Positions 29,679-39,068 of a DNA stretch of 64,000 nt are shown in pieces. Numbering within the stretch: the stretch's first letter is position 1; each line of letters opens with the position of its first letter. A model generated the notes under the pieces. That model saw only the letters and a program-made list of their open reading frames with translations, was not told the origin of the DNA and searched no databases. Position numbers and translations under genes: made by a program. The stretch comes from Candidatus Fermentithermobacillaceae bacterium (GTDB lineage Bacteria > Bacillota > Sulfobacillia > Fermentithermobacillales > DUSS01): NCBI GenBank assembly GCA_014896535.1, contig JADBKE010000006.1, positions 2,290-66,289 on the forward strand. Reading direction: 5' to 3'.

Positions 29679-29707
29679 TTGCGCGTGCTGCGCACCCCGT
29701 GTATAAT
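29679..29707 (+). promoter_or_regulatory. Candidate sigma-A promoter of the valS leader (TTGCGC-N17-TATAAT)
   Basis: -35 TTGCGC at 29679-29684 and -10 TATAAT at 29702-29707, just upstream of T-box Stem I. Confidence 0.45.
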
Positions 29708-29713
29708 CTGAAA

Positions 29714-30201
29714 AAACGGCATAACCGATGAGGGGGAGGAGTAAGCGGGTACGCCGGTCAGAGAGCGGGACGCACTGGTGAAAGTCCCGTCCGCGCAGTA
29801 CCGCCGAAGGTCGCCCCTGAGGTTCCGGACCGAAATCCTGATCCGTTGGGGTTTTTCGTTAAAGCCGGCTCCGCCCCGGAAAAACGGGGAGCACCGGCAG
29901 AGAGGGCAGAACTCGGTCTTCTCGTCGGCCAGGGAAACTAGGTCCGGACGGGAGAGCCCGTTAAAGCTGAGAGTGCCGGTTGCAGGCCGCGCGGCCTTGG
30001 CCTCAAGACCGACCGACCTGAAAGTTGCGCAGTGCAGAAGGCGCAGTGGATCAGCGCTTCTTCCGTCGGGGGTTGGTCGGTTTGATCCCGCGTGCGTGCC
30101 CCGGCGGTGAAAAGGCCGTGTCGAGAAGGATGCTGGCAACCGGAAGCAGGGTGGTACCGCGAAAACGGCCCCTTCGTCCTTGCGAGGGGGCCTTCTTATT
30201 T
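29714..30201 (+). promoter_or_regulatory. T-box riboswitch leader controlling valS (probable GUC Val specifier)
   Basis: Stem I elements appear in order: GA/AGTA (29738-29744), AG bulge CAGAGAG (29759-29765), distal loop CTGGTGAAAG (29775-29784), 3' specifier bulge GAAGGUCG (29807-29814). The T-box motif AGGGTGGTACCGCG is at 30148-30161 and overlaps the 5' flank of a terminator. Confidence 0.85.
30167..30201 (+). terminator. T-box expression-platform terminator
   Basis: GGCCCCTTCG / CGAGGGGGCC 10-bp stem, followed by TTCTTATTT, about 35 nt before the valS ATG. Confidence 0.75.
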
Positions 30202-30235
30202 AATCGCGAGAATCCAACAAGAAAGGGAGAGGCCG

Positions 30236-32974
30236 ATGGCGGAAAAGATTTCGTTGCCTACCGCATACGATCCGGCGGAGTTCGAAACCAAATGGTACAG
30301 ATGGTGGTTGGAAAAGGGGTTCTTCAAAGCTCACGTCCGACCGGGCAAGAAGCGTTTTTCCATCGTAATACCGCCTCCCAACGTCACGGGCGCGCTTCAC
30401 ATGGGCCACGCACTGGACACCACGCTTCAGGATGTGTTCGTCAGGTACAGAAGGATGCAGGGTTACGAAACCCTCTGGTTGCCTGGAACGGACCACGCCT
30501 CGATAGCAACTCACGCCAAGATCGAGGAGATGCTGGCGGAGGAGGGCACCTCCAGGTGGGAACTGGGCCGGGAGAAGTTCCTGGAGAGGGCATGGGCCTG
30601 GAAGGAGAAGTACGGTCACATCATCACCGACCAGCTCAAGCGCCTCGGCGCGTCGTGCGACTGGTCAAGGGAGCGTTTTACCATGGACGAAGGGTGCTCC
30701 CGGGCGGTGACCGAAGTGTTCGTGCGCTTATACGAGAAGGGCCTCATCTACAGAGGAAAGTACATGGTAAACTTCTGCCCCGGCTGTCGCACGGTCATAT
30801 CCGATATTGAGGTAGAACACCAGGAAATCGAGGGCAACCTGTGGTACTTGCGGTATCCCCTGGAAGGCGGGGGCGAAATCCAGGTGGCCACTACTCGACC
30901 CGAGACCATGCTAGGAGATACGGCGGTGGCTGTGAATCCGTCCGATGAAAGGTACCGCCACCTGATAGGACGGTTTGCCGTTCTTCCGTTGGTGGGAAGG
31001 CGCCTCCCCATCATCGGTGACGACGCGGTCAAGCCGGATTTCGGCACCGGCGCCGTCAAGGTGACTCCGTCTCACGACCCTGACGACTTCGAGATGGCCC
31101 GACGGCATAACCTGGACTTCGTGACCGTCATCGATACCGATGGCAAGATGACGGAGGAAGCCCTAAAGTACCGGGGACTTGACAGGTACGAAGCTCGGAA
31201 AGCTGTGTTGAGGGACTTGGAAGCCGGTGGCTACCTGGTAAAGGTCGAGCCATACAGGTTCGCTCAGGGAAGATGTCACCGGTGCGACACGCCCGTCGAA
31301 CCGCTCATCTCCGAGCAGTGGTTCGTGAAAATGGAGCCGTTGAAAGGACCTGCCATCAAGGTGGTCAAGGACGGGATCGTGCGGTTCGTTCCCGAACGGT
31401 TCACCAAGGTATATCTCAACTGGATGGAGAACGTGAGAGACTGGTGCATATCGCGGCAACTCTGGTGGGGTCACCGGATACCCGCGTGGTACTGCCAGAA
31501 CTGCGGTAAAGTAGTGGTGGCCCGGGAGGCGCCGTCCGGTTGCCCCGAATGCGGAGGACCGGTCAGGCAAGACGAAGACGTGCTTGACACGTGGTTTTCT
31601 TCGGCCCTGTGGCCGTTTTCTACCCTGGGCTGGCCTGAGAAGACGGCCGACCTGGAGTACTTTTTCCCCACGGACATACTGGTGACCGGCTACGACATCA
31701 TCTTCTTCTGGGTGGCGAGGATGATCTTCTCTTCCCTCGAATTCACGGGAAGAGAACCGTTTAGAGACGTCCTCATCCACGGACTTGTCAGGGACGCGCA
31801 AGGGCGAAAGATGTCAAAGTCCCTGGGAAACGGTATCGACCCTCTCGAGGTGGTCGAAAAGTACGGCGCCGACGCCCTGAGGATTTCGCTGACCTCGGGC
31901 GTGACGATGGGTAACGACATGAGATTCTACTGGGAGAAGGTAGAAGGCTCGCGGAACTTCTGCAACAAGCTGTGGAACGCCGCCCGGTTCATCCTCATGA
32001 ACATCGCGGGCTGGTCTCCACCGGCGAAGCCGGTTTCTCCGCGCACTCTCGAAGGCAGATGGATTTTATCGCGACTTTCCCGTACGATCGACCGGGTCAT
32101 AGACGCCATGGAGAGGTTCGAGCCGGGTGAAGCCATCGACATCATAACTACCTTTGTTTGGGACGAGTTTTGCGACTGGTACATCGAGATCGCCAAAGCG
32201 AGTCTCAAAGACCCGGAGGCGTCGGAAGAAACCCGCTACATTCTCTGGAAGACGTTGGAGACCTCCCTCAGGCTGCTGCACCCGTTCATTCCGTTCATCA
32301 CCGAGGAGATCTGGCAGGCTTTGCCGCGACCTGCCGACGCTGCCGCGGATATGGGGGCCCGTGAGTCCGGTGAGATTCGAACGGTGCCGGAGAGCATTAT
32401 GGTGGCCCCTTATCCTGAAAAGGGAGAGTTCCCCCAGGACGAAGGAGCTGAGGCGTCCATCTCGATGGTGATAGAAGCGACGAGGGCCATCCGGAATCTC
32501 AGGGCCGAGGTCTCAGTTCCCACCGGCAAGGAAGTCAGAGTGGTGCTCGTGGGCGACGCAGCCACATGGGAACCCCTTCTTCCGTATATAAAGCGGCTGG
32601 CCTGGGCTAATCCCCTCGAGCTCGGCAAAGAAAGGCCCCGCCAAGCGCTGGCCGCGGTCATCTCCGGTGCCGAAGTCTACCTGCCCCTGGCCGGAATCGT
32701 GGACCTCGAAAAGGAGATCTCTCGTCTCAATAAGCAGGTGAAATCGATCTCTTCCGAGATCGAGCGTTCCCGCACCAAACTGTCGGACCAGGCTTTCCTG
32801 GAAAAGGCACCCGCCGAGGTCGTTGAGAAAGAGAGGGCTAAGCTTGAGGATCTCCAGGGGAAGCTGGCCAGGCTGGAGGAACGTCTGAGGGCACTCGGCG
32901 CAGCGATGCCTGCCTCCGACGGAGGTCAGAACGGGCAGGACTCCGGCCCAGGGGGCAGACCGCGCACGCGTTAG
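30236..32974 (+). CDS. valS: Valyl-tRNA synthetase
   Basis: PPPNVTGALHMGHA (HIGH), KMSKSLGN (KMSKS), C-terminal coiled coil. ATG 30236 lies after GAAAGGGAGAGG. Confidence 0.95.
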   Translation: MAEKISLPTAYDPAEFETKWYRWWLEKGFFKAHVRPGKKRFSIVIPPPNVTGALHMGHALDTTLQDVFVRYRRMQGYETLWLPGTDHASIATHAKIEEMLAEEGTSRWELGREKFLERAWAWKEKYGHIITDQLKRLGASCDWSRERFTMDEGCSRAVTEVFVRLYEKGLIYRGKYMVNFCPGCRTVISDIEVEHQEIEGNLWYLRYPLEGGGEIQVATTRPETMLGDTAVAVNPSDERYRHLIGRFAVLPLVGRRLPIIGDDAVKPDFGTGAVKVTPSHDPDDFEMARRHNLDFVTVIDTDGKMTEEALKYRGLDRYEARKAVLRDLEAGGYLVKVEPYRFAQGRCHRCDTPVEPLISEQWFVKMEPLKGPAIKVVKDGIVRFVPERFTKVYLNWMENVRDWCISRQLWWGHRIPAWYCQNCGKVVVAREAPSGCPECGGPVRQDEDVLDTWFSSALWPFSTLGWPEKTADLEYFFPTDILVTGYDIIFFWVARMIFSSLEFTGREPFRDVLIHGLVRDAQGRKMSKSLGNGIDPLEVVEKYGADALRISLTSGVTMGNDMRFYWEKVEGSRNFCNKLWNAARFILMNIAGWSPPAKPVSPRTLEGRWILSRLSRTIDRVIDAMERFEPGEAIDIITTFVWDEFCDWYIEIAKASLKDPEASEETRYILWKTLETSLRLLHPFIPFITEEIWQALPRPADAAADMGARESGEIRTVPESIMVAPYPEKGEFPQDEGAEASISMVIEATRAIRNLRAEVSVPTGKEVRVVLVGDAATWEPLLPYIKRLAWANPLELGKERPRQALAAVISGAEVYLPLAGIVDLEKEISRLNKQVKSISSEIERSRTKLSDQAFLEKAPAEVVEKERAKLEDLQGKLARLEERLRALGAAMPASDGGQNGQDSGPGGRPRTR

Positions 32975-33032
32975 GGGACGTAGGTTGGGTGGAAATCAGA
33001 AGACACGGGTTCATCCAGAAGGAGCAAGGAAC

Positions 33033-34349
33033 GTGGACTACGAAGAAGCGCTCAACTGGATTCATTCGACGTACCGGTTTGGGTCCCAGCTCGGGCTGGA
33101 GCGCATAAGCGTACTTCTGGACCTCCTCGGGAGGCCGCAGGATTCAGGACGGTTTGTGCACGTTGCCGGTACGAACGGCAAGGGTTCCGTTACTGCGATG
33201 GTTGCTTCCATTCTGAAGGAGGCCGGATATCGAACGGGCACTTATACTTCGCCCCACCTGGAAGATTTCCGGGAGCGGATTCGCGTAGGCGGGAGGAAGA
33301 TCGGCAAGGAAGAGGTAGCCGAGCTCGTCCCCCGGGTAAAAGCTCAGGTTGAAAGGATGGTGAACTCGGGCTATCCCCATCCCACCGAGTTCGAGATAGT
33401 AACGGCGATGGCGTTTCTGCATTTCAAGGAATGCGGGTGCGATTGGGTATCCTTGGAAGTAGGTCTCGGCGGCAGGTTCGACGCGACGAACGTGGTGACT
33501 CCCGCGGTTTCCGTGATAACGCCGGTCTCCCTCGACCACACGGACAGACTTGGAAACACCCTGAGCGAGATAGCTTTCGAAAAGGCCGGAATCATAAAGC
33601 CCGGCGTTCCGGTAGTGGTGGCACCACAGCCGCCCGAGGCGCTTGCGGTAATCCTGGACAGAGCGCGTGCCCTGGGGTGCAGGGTTGTGCTGGTGGGAGA
33701 GGACGTGTCGTGGCGGGTGAAAGCCGAGTCCATTCGCGGTCAAGAGATTCAAGTCGTGGCAGGAGGGACTGAACTCGGACATCTCTTCGTCCCGCTGGCC
33801 GGTCCACATCAGGCGGTCAACGCGACCACGGCTGTAGCCGTCGCCCGGGTCTTGACTGAGTCCGGGGTGGAGATAGACTGGGAGACCATAAAAGCTGGGG
33901 TATCCCGCACTAGGTGGCCGGGAAGACTCGAGGTCGTAGGCGAAAGACCCATGATCATCCTGGACGGGGCGCACAATCCGGGAGGGGCGGCCGCCCTGGC
34001 CGGCTCCCTGCCGCTTATCCCCCGACGGAAACTCATTTCTGTCGTGGGAATGTTGAAAGACAAGGATTACCGGCAGGTGTTGTCTCAGGTGCTGCCGTTC
34101 TGCGACGCGGTGGTAGCAACATCTCCGATATCCGAAAGGGCTCTCGATGCGGAGGTGCTGGCGGAAGAAGCTTCGAAGTACTGTTCCGACGTCACGGCGG
34201 CAGGAAACGTGGGGGATGCTCTGGAACTCGCGCTGCGGCGGGCTTCTTCCGAAGACGCGGTGCTCATCTGGGGTTCCCTTTACCTCGTGGGCGCCGCCAG
34301 GACGTTGCTCAGGGAGAAGCTTGGCATTCTTGCGGACGAGGACGAATAG
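33033..34349 (+). CDS. folC: Folylpolyglutamate synthase / dihydrofolate synthase
   Basis: VHVAGTNGKGS P-loop and Mur-ligase middle and C-terminal domains (DGAHNPGGA). GTG 33033 lies after GAAGGAG. Confidence 0.88.
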   Translation: MDYEEALNWIHSTYRFGSQLGLERISVLLDLLGRPQDSGRFVHVAGTNGKGSVTAMVASILKEAGYRTGTYTSPHLEDFRERIRVGGRKIGKEEVAELVPRVKAQVERMVNSGYPHPTEFEIVTAMAFLHFKECGCDWVSLEVGLGGRFDATNVVTPAVSVITPVSLDHTDRLGNTLSEIAFEKAGIIKPGVPVVVAPQPPEALAVILDRARALGCRVVLVGEDVSWRVKAESIRGQEIQVVAGGTELGHLFVPLAGPHQAVNATTAVAVARVLTESGVEIDWETIKAGVSRTRWPGRLEVVGERPMIILDGAHNPGGAAALAGSLPLIPRRKLISVVGMLKDKDYRQVLSQVLPFCDAVVATSPISERALDAEVLAEEASKYCSDVTAAGNVGDALELALRRASSEDAVLIWGSLYLVGAARTLLREKLGILADEDE

Positions 34350-34378
34350 CATTTAGAGACGTATCGGGGGAGATACCT

Positions 34379-34828
34379 TTGGCCGGACCGCGGGAACTCC
34401 AATGGTTGCAGGTGGATCTCGAAATGCAGCCGTGGCCCGAGCTGTTGGAGCGCAGGATGTTCATGGTATTCGGCGACGAAGAATCGCTGAAACTCACTTA
34501 CGGTGCGACGTCTTACAAACCCGCGGTGAATTTCGAAAGGAACTACCTGGTTGCGATCCATCAAGGGCTTTGTCCTACAGGAGGGTATCGGGTCAACATT
34601 CACAATGTACTTCTTCGGGACGGGGAGATTCGGGTCGTCGTCAGTTTCAAAACCCCCGGGCCCGGGGAATTTGTGACGCTGGCGATGACAACACCGAGGG
34701 CGTTCGTCCTGGTTCCGAAGATAGAGTCCAGGCCCGACCCGAGATTCACCTTCTACCTTCCGACCGGAGAGAAACTGGCCGAAGAAAAACCCCGTTACGG
34801 TCAGAAGACGCCCGAAAGGAGGGTTTGA
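34379..34828 (+). CDS. PrcB_C-domain (protease complex subunit PrcB-like) protein
   Basis: 149 aa. CPTGGYRVNIHNV...IRVVVSF..PGPGEFVT matches my memory of the PrcB C-terminal domain (TGGY motif). TTG 34379 lies 6 nt after GGGGGAG. Confidence 0.55.
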   Translation: MAGPRELQWLQVDLEMQPWPELLERRMFMVFGDEESLKLTYGATSYKPAVNFERNYLVAIHQGLCPTGGYRVNIHNVLLRDGEIRVVVSFKTPGPGEFVTLAMTTPRAFVLVPKIESRPDPRFTFYLPTGEKLAEEKPRYGQKTPERRV

Positions 34829-34829
34829 C

Positions 34830-35672
34830 GTGCGTAGAACCCGAATGTCGAGACCGAAGGGGATTTCGTCACGTCTTTCGGCGTTGTTCGTGTTCGTCCT
34901 CCTCGCCGTGGCCTTGGTGGGTGCCGGCTATCTTTTGGGAAGGTTCGTCCTTTCGTCCATCCTGTCTAGACCCCCCGGTGCGCCCGTCAGCGGCCTTCCC
35001 CGGGACGATAAGGGTGGCTCCGGGTCGGAAACCGCCACGGCTACGATAGCCCTGGACGGGTTCACGGTTTACAGGATTCAGGTGGGTGCATTCTCAAGCA
35101 AAGATAACGCCACGAAACTCGCCCAGTCGTGTCTTGCCAAGGGAGTGCCGGCATACGTTATGTCCCCGGACCCCCTTCATAAGGTCTACTGCGGAGTTCT
35201 GGCGTCCAGGCAGGCAGCGGACAAGATGGCTGAGGACGTGATGGCTAAGATATCCGGGACGGTTATTCCGGCAGAAGACAAGCTTTACATCGGAACCCTC
35301 GAGGTCCCCGCCATCCAGGTGCCGGTCGTGGGTGACAAGAGGTATGTGTCCGCGCTGGACGGCGCGGTGAAAAAGGCCGGTCCGGCGCTACGGACGCTCC
35401 TGGGTTTCTGGGATTCGTACTACCTGAAGACTGCCCCGGTGGATGTAAGAACCCCTGCCCGGGACGTGGTCGCGGCCCTGGAAGCCTTGAAAGCGGTTGG
35501 ACCCCCGGAAAGTTTGAAGGCCACGCATTCTGCCTGCGTGGCGGCTCTTGAGTCGCTGGCGAAGGCTCTCGCCGGCGCCGAGGCCGTGTACGGCGGGGAC
35601 GGTTCGAAAGGACCCGAGGCCATGACGGAGTTAATGAAGCTGGTAGACATCCTGGCGAGTTTCGGTAAGTGA
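34830..35672 (+). CDS. SPOR-domain membrane protein (peptidoglycan-binding)
   Basis: N-terminal TM; SPOR-like FTVYRIQVGAFSSKDNATKLAQSCLAKGVPAYV...YCGVLASRQAADKMAEDV. Confidence 0.7.
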   Translation: MRRTRMSRPKGISSRLSALFVFVLLAVALVGAGYLLGRFVLSSILSRPPGAPVSGLPRDDKGGSGSETATATIALDGFTVYRIQVGAFSSKDNATKLAQSCLAKGVPAYVMSPDPLHKVYCGVLASRQAADKMAEDVMAKISGTVIPAEDKLYIGTLEVPAIQVPVVGDKRYVSALDGAVKKAGPALRTLLGFWDSYYLKTAPVDVRTPARDVVAALEALKAVGPPESLKATHSACVAALESLAKALAGAEAVYGGDGSKGPEAMTELMKLVDILASFGK

Positions 35673-35829
35673 ACCGACAGCGGAAGATGGCCACGGCGCG
35701 GCCCGGGGCTTGCCCTGACCCATGGGTGTGTCCGTCGCGGTGGCCGTTGATTTGTGCCGTGCATCGCAGGAAGCGAGAGTATACGGTTTAAGTGTGAGTA
35801 AGCGGTGTTTTTCGATGGGAGCAGCTCGG

Positions 35830-35859
35830 TTGACCCGTTATGTATCTTGCGAATAAAAT
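35830..35859 (+). promoter_or_regulatory. Candidate sigma-A promoter of the rnf operon (TTGACC-N18-TAAAAT)
   Basis: -35 TTGACC at 35830-35835 and -10 TAAAAT at 35854-35859, about 125 nt upstream of rnfC. Confidence 0.5.
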
Positions 35860-35871
35860 CTAAAGTGTGCG

Positions 35872-35898
35872 CCCCTGCTATGGCAGGGGTTAAGTTTT
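35872..35898 (+). terminator. Terminator-like hairpin in the rnf 5' leader (attenuator or 5' stabiliser)
   Basis: CCCCTGC-TATG-GCAGGGG followed by TTAAGTTTT, starting about 13 nt after the -10 element. Confidence 0.4.
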
Positions 35899-35984
35899 GG
35901 AGTCGGACCAGGACGTGATTGAGGATTGACCGGTATCGAATTGTCAGATCAGCGGTAGCATACGGATTCACAGAGGTGGTGCTG

Positions 35985-37331
35985 GTGTTAAGGGCGAGAA
36001 CGTTGTCGGGAGGGGTCCATCTCGACGACAGGAAAATCTCTTCCGGGAAACCTGTGGAGTTTGCAGGGATTCCGCCAGAGATAGTTCTGTTCATGTCGCA
36101 GCACACCGGGGCCCCGGCGAAGCCTGTGGTAAAACCGGGAGACCGTGTGCTGGCGGGCCAGGTTGTCGGCGAAGCACAATCTTTCGTTTCGGCTCCGGTT
36201 CACGCTTCTACTTCCGGGATTGTAAAGGCGGTGGAAAACCGGTACCATCCCATCCTCGCGAAGCCCTCGACGGCGGTGGTCATCGAGCCTGACGGCAAGG
36301 GTGAGATATGGGAAGGTATAGCTCCTGGGTCCGACGATATATCCGCCTTGTCTCCGGAAGACATCGTCAAAATCGCAAGAAACGCCGGTCTGGTCGGGTT
36401 AGGAGGAGCAGCTTTTCCGACGGCAGTCAAGCTTTCTCCCCCGAAGGACAAGCCCATCGACGTTTATCTCCTAAACGGGGCGGAATGCGAGCCTTACCTC
36501 ACCTGCGATGCCAGACTCATGGTGGAAGAAGCGGACGAGATAGTATTCGGTTTTATGGCCATGATGAAAGCGGTCGGTGCTCCCAGGGGAATCGTCTGCA
36601 TCGAAGACAACAAGCCCGAAGCTATCATGGCCATGGAAAGGGCCATCTCGGGAAAGCCCGGCATCGAGCTATGCGTCTTGAAAACCAGATACCCGCAGGG
36701 CGGCGAAAAACAACTCATCCAGGTTGTTCTGGGGCGAGAGGTTCCTCCCCCGCCAGGGCTGCCTTTCGATGTGGGCGTCGTGGTTTCCAACGTGGGTACT
36801 GCGTACGCTCTCGCGAAGGCCATTCGAACGGGCATGCCGCTGGTGGACCGGGTTGTCACGGTGACCGGGGCCGTGAGGTCGCCGTCGAACTTCCGAGTTC
36901 TGTTGGGAACGCCAGTATCGTTCCTGATCGAGAAAGCCGGCGGCTACGCTGGTGAACCCGGCAAGGTCATTATGGGAGGCCCGATGATGGGAATATCCCT
37001 TCCCCGAACGGACGTGCCAGTGGTCAAGGGCACTACGGGGATCGTTGTGATGACCAGGGACGAAGTAAATCTGGACAAGCCGCTTCCGTGTATCCGGTGC
37101 GGGCGGTGCGTCGATGCCTGTCCGTTGAGACTCCTGCCCGTATGGATAGCGGCGTACTCGGACAGGGGCACGTATGAAGAAGCTGAAAAGTACAGGGCTC
37201 TCGACTGCTGCGAATGCGGCGTATGCGCCTACAGGTGTCCCTCCCGGAGGCCGTTGGTGCAATCCATCAGGCTGGCCAAACAGGCCATCATGGAAGAGCG
37301 GAGAGCCCGGGCGCAAAAGGCTTCCGGTTGA
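35985..37331 (+). CDS. rnfC: Rnf electron-transport complex subunit C
   Basis: SGGVHLDD..., GLVGLGGAAFPT, two 4Fe-4S motifs (CIRCGRCVDACP, CCECGVCAYRCP). GTG 35985 lies after AGAGGTG; the exact start is uncertain within 35976-35985. Confidence 0.88.
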   Translation: MLRARTLSGGVHLDDRKISSGKPVEFAGIPPEIVLFMSQHTGAPAKPVVKPGDRVLAGQVVGEAQSFVSAPVHASTSGIVKAVENRYHPILAKPSTAVVIEPDGKGEIWEGIAPGSDDISALSPEDIVKIARNAGLVGLGGAAFPTAVKLSPPKDKPIDVYLLNGAECEPYLTCDARLMVEEADEIVFGFMAMMKAVGAPRGIVCIEDNKPEAIMAMERAISGKPGIELCVLKTRYPQGGEKQLIQVVLGREVPPPPGLPFDVGVVVSNVGTAYALAKAIRTGMPLVDRVVTVTGAVRSPSNFRVLLGTPVSFLIEKAGGYAGEPGKVIMGGPMMGISLPRTDVPVVKGTTGIVVMTRDEVNLDKPLPCIRCGRCVDACPLRLLPVWIAAYSDRGTYEEAEKYRALDCCECGVCAYRCPSRRPLVQSIRLAKQAIMEERRARAQKASG

Positions 37332-37386
37332 ACGCATACGGAAGCGGAAAAATCTGTGGAGAGCTGAAGGACGGAGGTAGCCATAT

Positions 37387-38370
37387 ATGACGGAACGGTT
37401 GGTGGTGTCACCCTCGCCCCACTGGAAAACGGACAAAACAGTACCCGCTCTCATGCTCGACGTAGTCATAGCCCTGATGCCCGCGGTCATAGCTTCCATA
37501 GTGTTTTTCGGGTGGAAAGCCCTTGCCATCATCCTGACTTCGGTGTCGTCGGCGGTGATTTCCGAGGCCATCTATGAGAAGGCGGTCAAGCGAGACATCA
37601 CGATAAAGGACTATTCCGCCGTGATCACCGGGATACTGCTGGCCATGAACATGCCTCCCGGGGTGCCTTTGTGGATGCCGGCAATAGGGTCAGCTTTTGC
37701 GATCGTAATCGCAAAACAGCTTTTCGGCGGCCTGGGTTGCAACTTCGTCAACCCTGCCCTGGCTGGTCGGGCCTTTCTGATGGCGGCGTGGCCCCTTCAC
37801 ATGACCAGGGACTGGTTGGCGCCCGGGTTCTTTGGGGGCGTAGACGCGGGAGCTTCGCCCACGCCTCTCGCGGTTCTCAAAGGTGAGTCCAGCGGGGTTC
37901 TGCCGGGGCTCTGGGATATGCTCCTCGGGAACCGCGCCGGTTGTCTCGGCGAGACGAGCATCATTGCCATCCTCATAGGAGGTATCTACCTGATTTGGAA
38001 GGAAGTAATCGACCCGAGGATCCCTCTGGGCTTCATAGGAACCGTGTTTGTCCTCACCTGGGTATTCGGAAAACCCGGTGCCTTCTTCCAGGGGAACGCC
38101 GTGTACCACGTCCTTTCAGGTGGGCTTTTCCTGGGCGCCTTCTTTATGGCTACCGATTACGTTACCAGCCCGGTGACGGCGAGGGGAAGGCTTTTGATGG
38201 GTATAGGCTGCGGAGCCATAACGGTCCTCATCAGGCTGTGGGGAGGGTACCCCGAAGGGGTTTCGTATTCGATTCTCCTCATGAACCTGGTGACGCCGCT
38301 CATCGACAGGGTGGTCGTGCCCAGGTACTACGGATGGAAGCACGAAGCCCGGAAAGAAAAGGCTCTCTGA
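37387..38370 (+). CDS. rnfD: Rnf complex subunit D
   Basis: SPSPHWKTDKTV..., NfqB/RnfD multi-TM pattern, FMATDYVTSP. Confidence 0.9.
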   Translation: MTERLVVSPSPHWKTDKTVPALMLDVVIALMPAVIASIVFFGWKALAIILTSVSSAVISEAIYEKAVKRDITIKDYSAVITGILLAMNMPPGVPLWMPAIGSAFAIVIAKQLFGGLGCNFVNPALAGRAFLMAAWPLHMTRDWLAPGFFGGVDAGASPTPLAVLKGESSGVLPGLWDMLLGNRAGCLGETSIIAILIGGIYLIWKEVIDPRIPLGFIGTVFVLTWVFGKPGAFFQGNAVYHVLSGGLFLGAFFMATDYVTSPVTARGRLLMGIGCGAITVLIRLWGGYPEGVSYSILLMNLVTPLIDRVVVPRYYGWKHEARKEKAL

Positions 38371-38389
38371 TGAAAGCGAGGCGAGGGTC

Positions 38390-39022
38390 TTGAAAAGAAG
38401 CGTGTTTTACGATTTCACCAAGGGTTTCATAGAAGAAAACCCCACGTTCAGGTTGGTCATCGGAATGTGCCCGACGCTTGCGGTGACCACCAGCGTAGTG
38501 AACGGGTTCTGGATGGGTCTGAGCGTGATATTCGTCCTGGTTTTCGCCAACGTGTTCGTTTCCTTGCTGAGGAAGGTTACGCCCGACGAAATCAGGCTTC
38601 CGGTGTTCGTCATATTGATAGCGACGCCCGTGGTCATCGTCGAGCTGGTGATGAAGGCGTACTTGCCGGCCATGTATGAAATTCTAGGAATATTCGTGCC
38701 CCTTATCGTGGTGAACTGCATCATCATCGCAAGAGCCGAGGCCTTTGCCTTCAAGCAGCCGGTGCTGAATTCCCTCGCCGACGGACTGGGGATAGGAGCG
38801 GGATATACCCTAAACCTCATCCTCATATCCGGTATAAGGGAATTCCTCGGAACAGGCCAGATAACTATCGGAAGCTTCCGCTTCCCGGCGACACCCTTTT
38901 TTGAACCGGCGGCGGTCATGTTGACCCCCCCGGGAGGTTTCATCTGTCTTGGATTGCTCATGGCTATCCTCAACGTCCTCTTGGCCCGGCGGGAGCGCAA
39001 GACGAAGGCTCAGGCAGTTTAG
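38390..39022 (+). CDS. rnfE: Rnf complex subunit E
   Basis: NPTFRLVIGMCPTLAVTT, LGIFVPLIVVNCIIIARAEAFA. Colinear with my memory of RsxE/RnfE. Confidence 0.9.
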   Translation: MKRSVFYDFTKGFIEENPTFRLVIGMCPTLAVTTSVVNGFWMGLSVIFVLVFANVFVSLLRKVTPDEIRLPVFVILIATPVVIVELVMKAYLPAMYEILGIFVPLIVVNCIIIARAEAFAFKQPVLNSLADGLGIGAGYTLNLILISGIREFLGTGQITIGSFRFPATPFFEPAAVMLTPPGGFICLGLLMAILNVLLARRERKTKAQAV

Positions 39023-39068
39023 TCTAACGGGTATTTAGGTTTTCGGGGTTCGCGAGGAGGGGTTTTCG

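Noticed and set aside
29890-29910. Second AGAGAG element, as evidence for a tandem (double) T-box
   Set aside because: There is only one T-box antiterminator motif (30148-30161) and one terminator. No second specifier or K-turn arrangement is visible.
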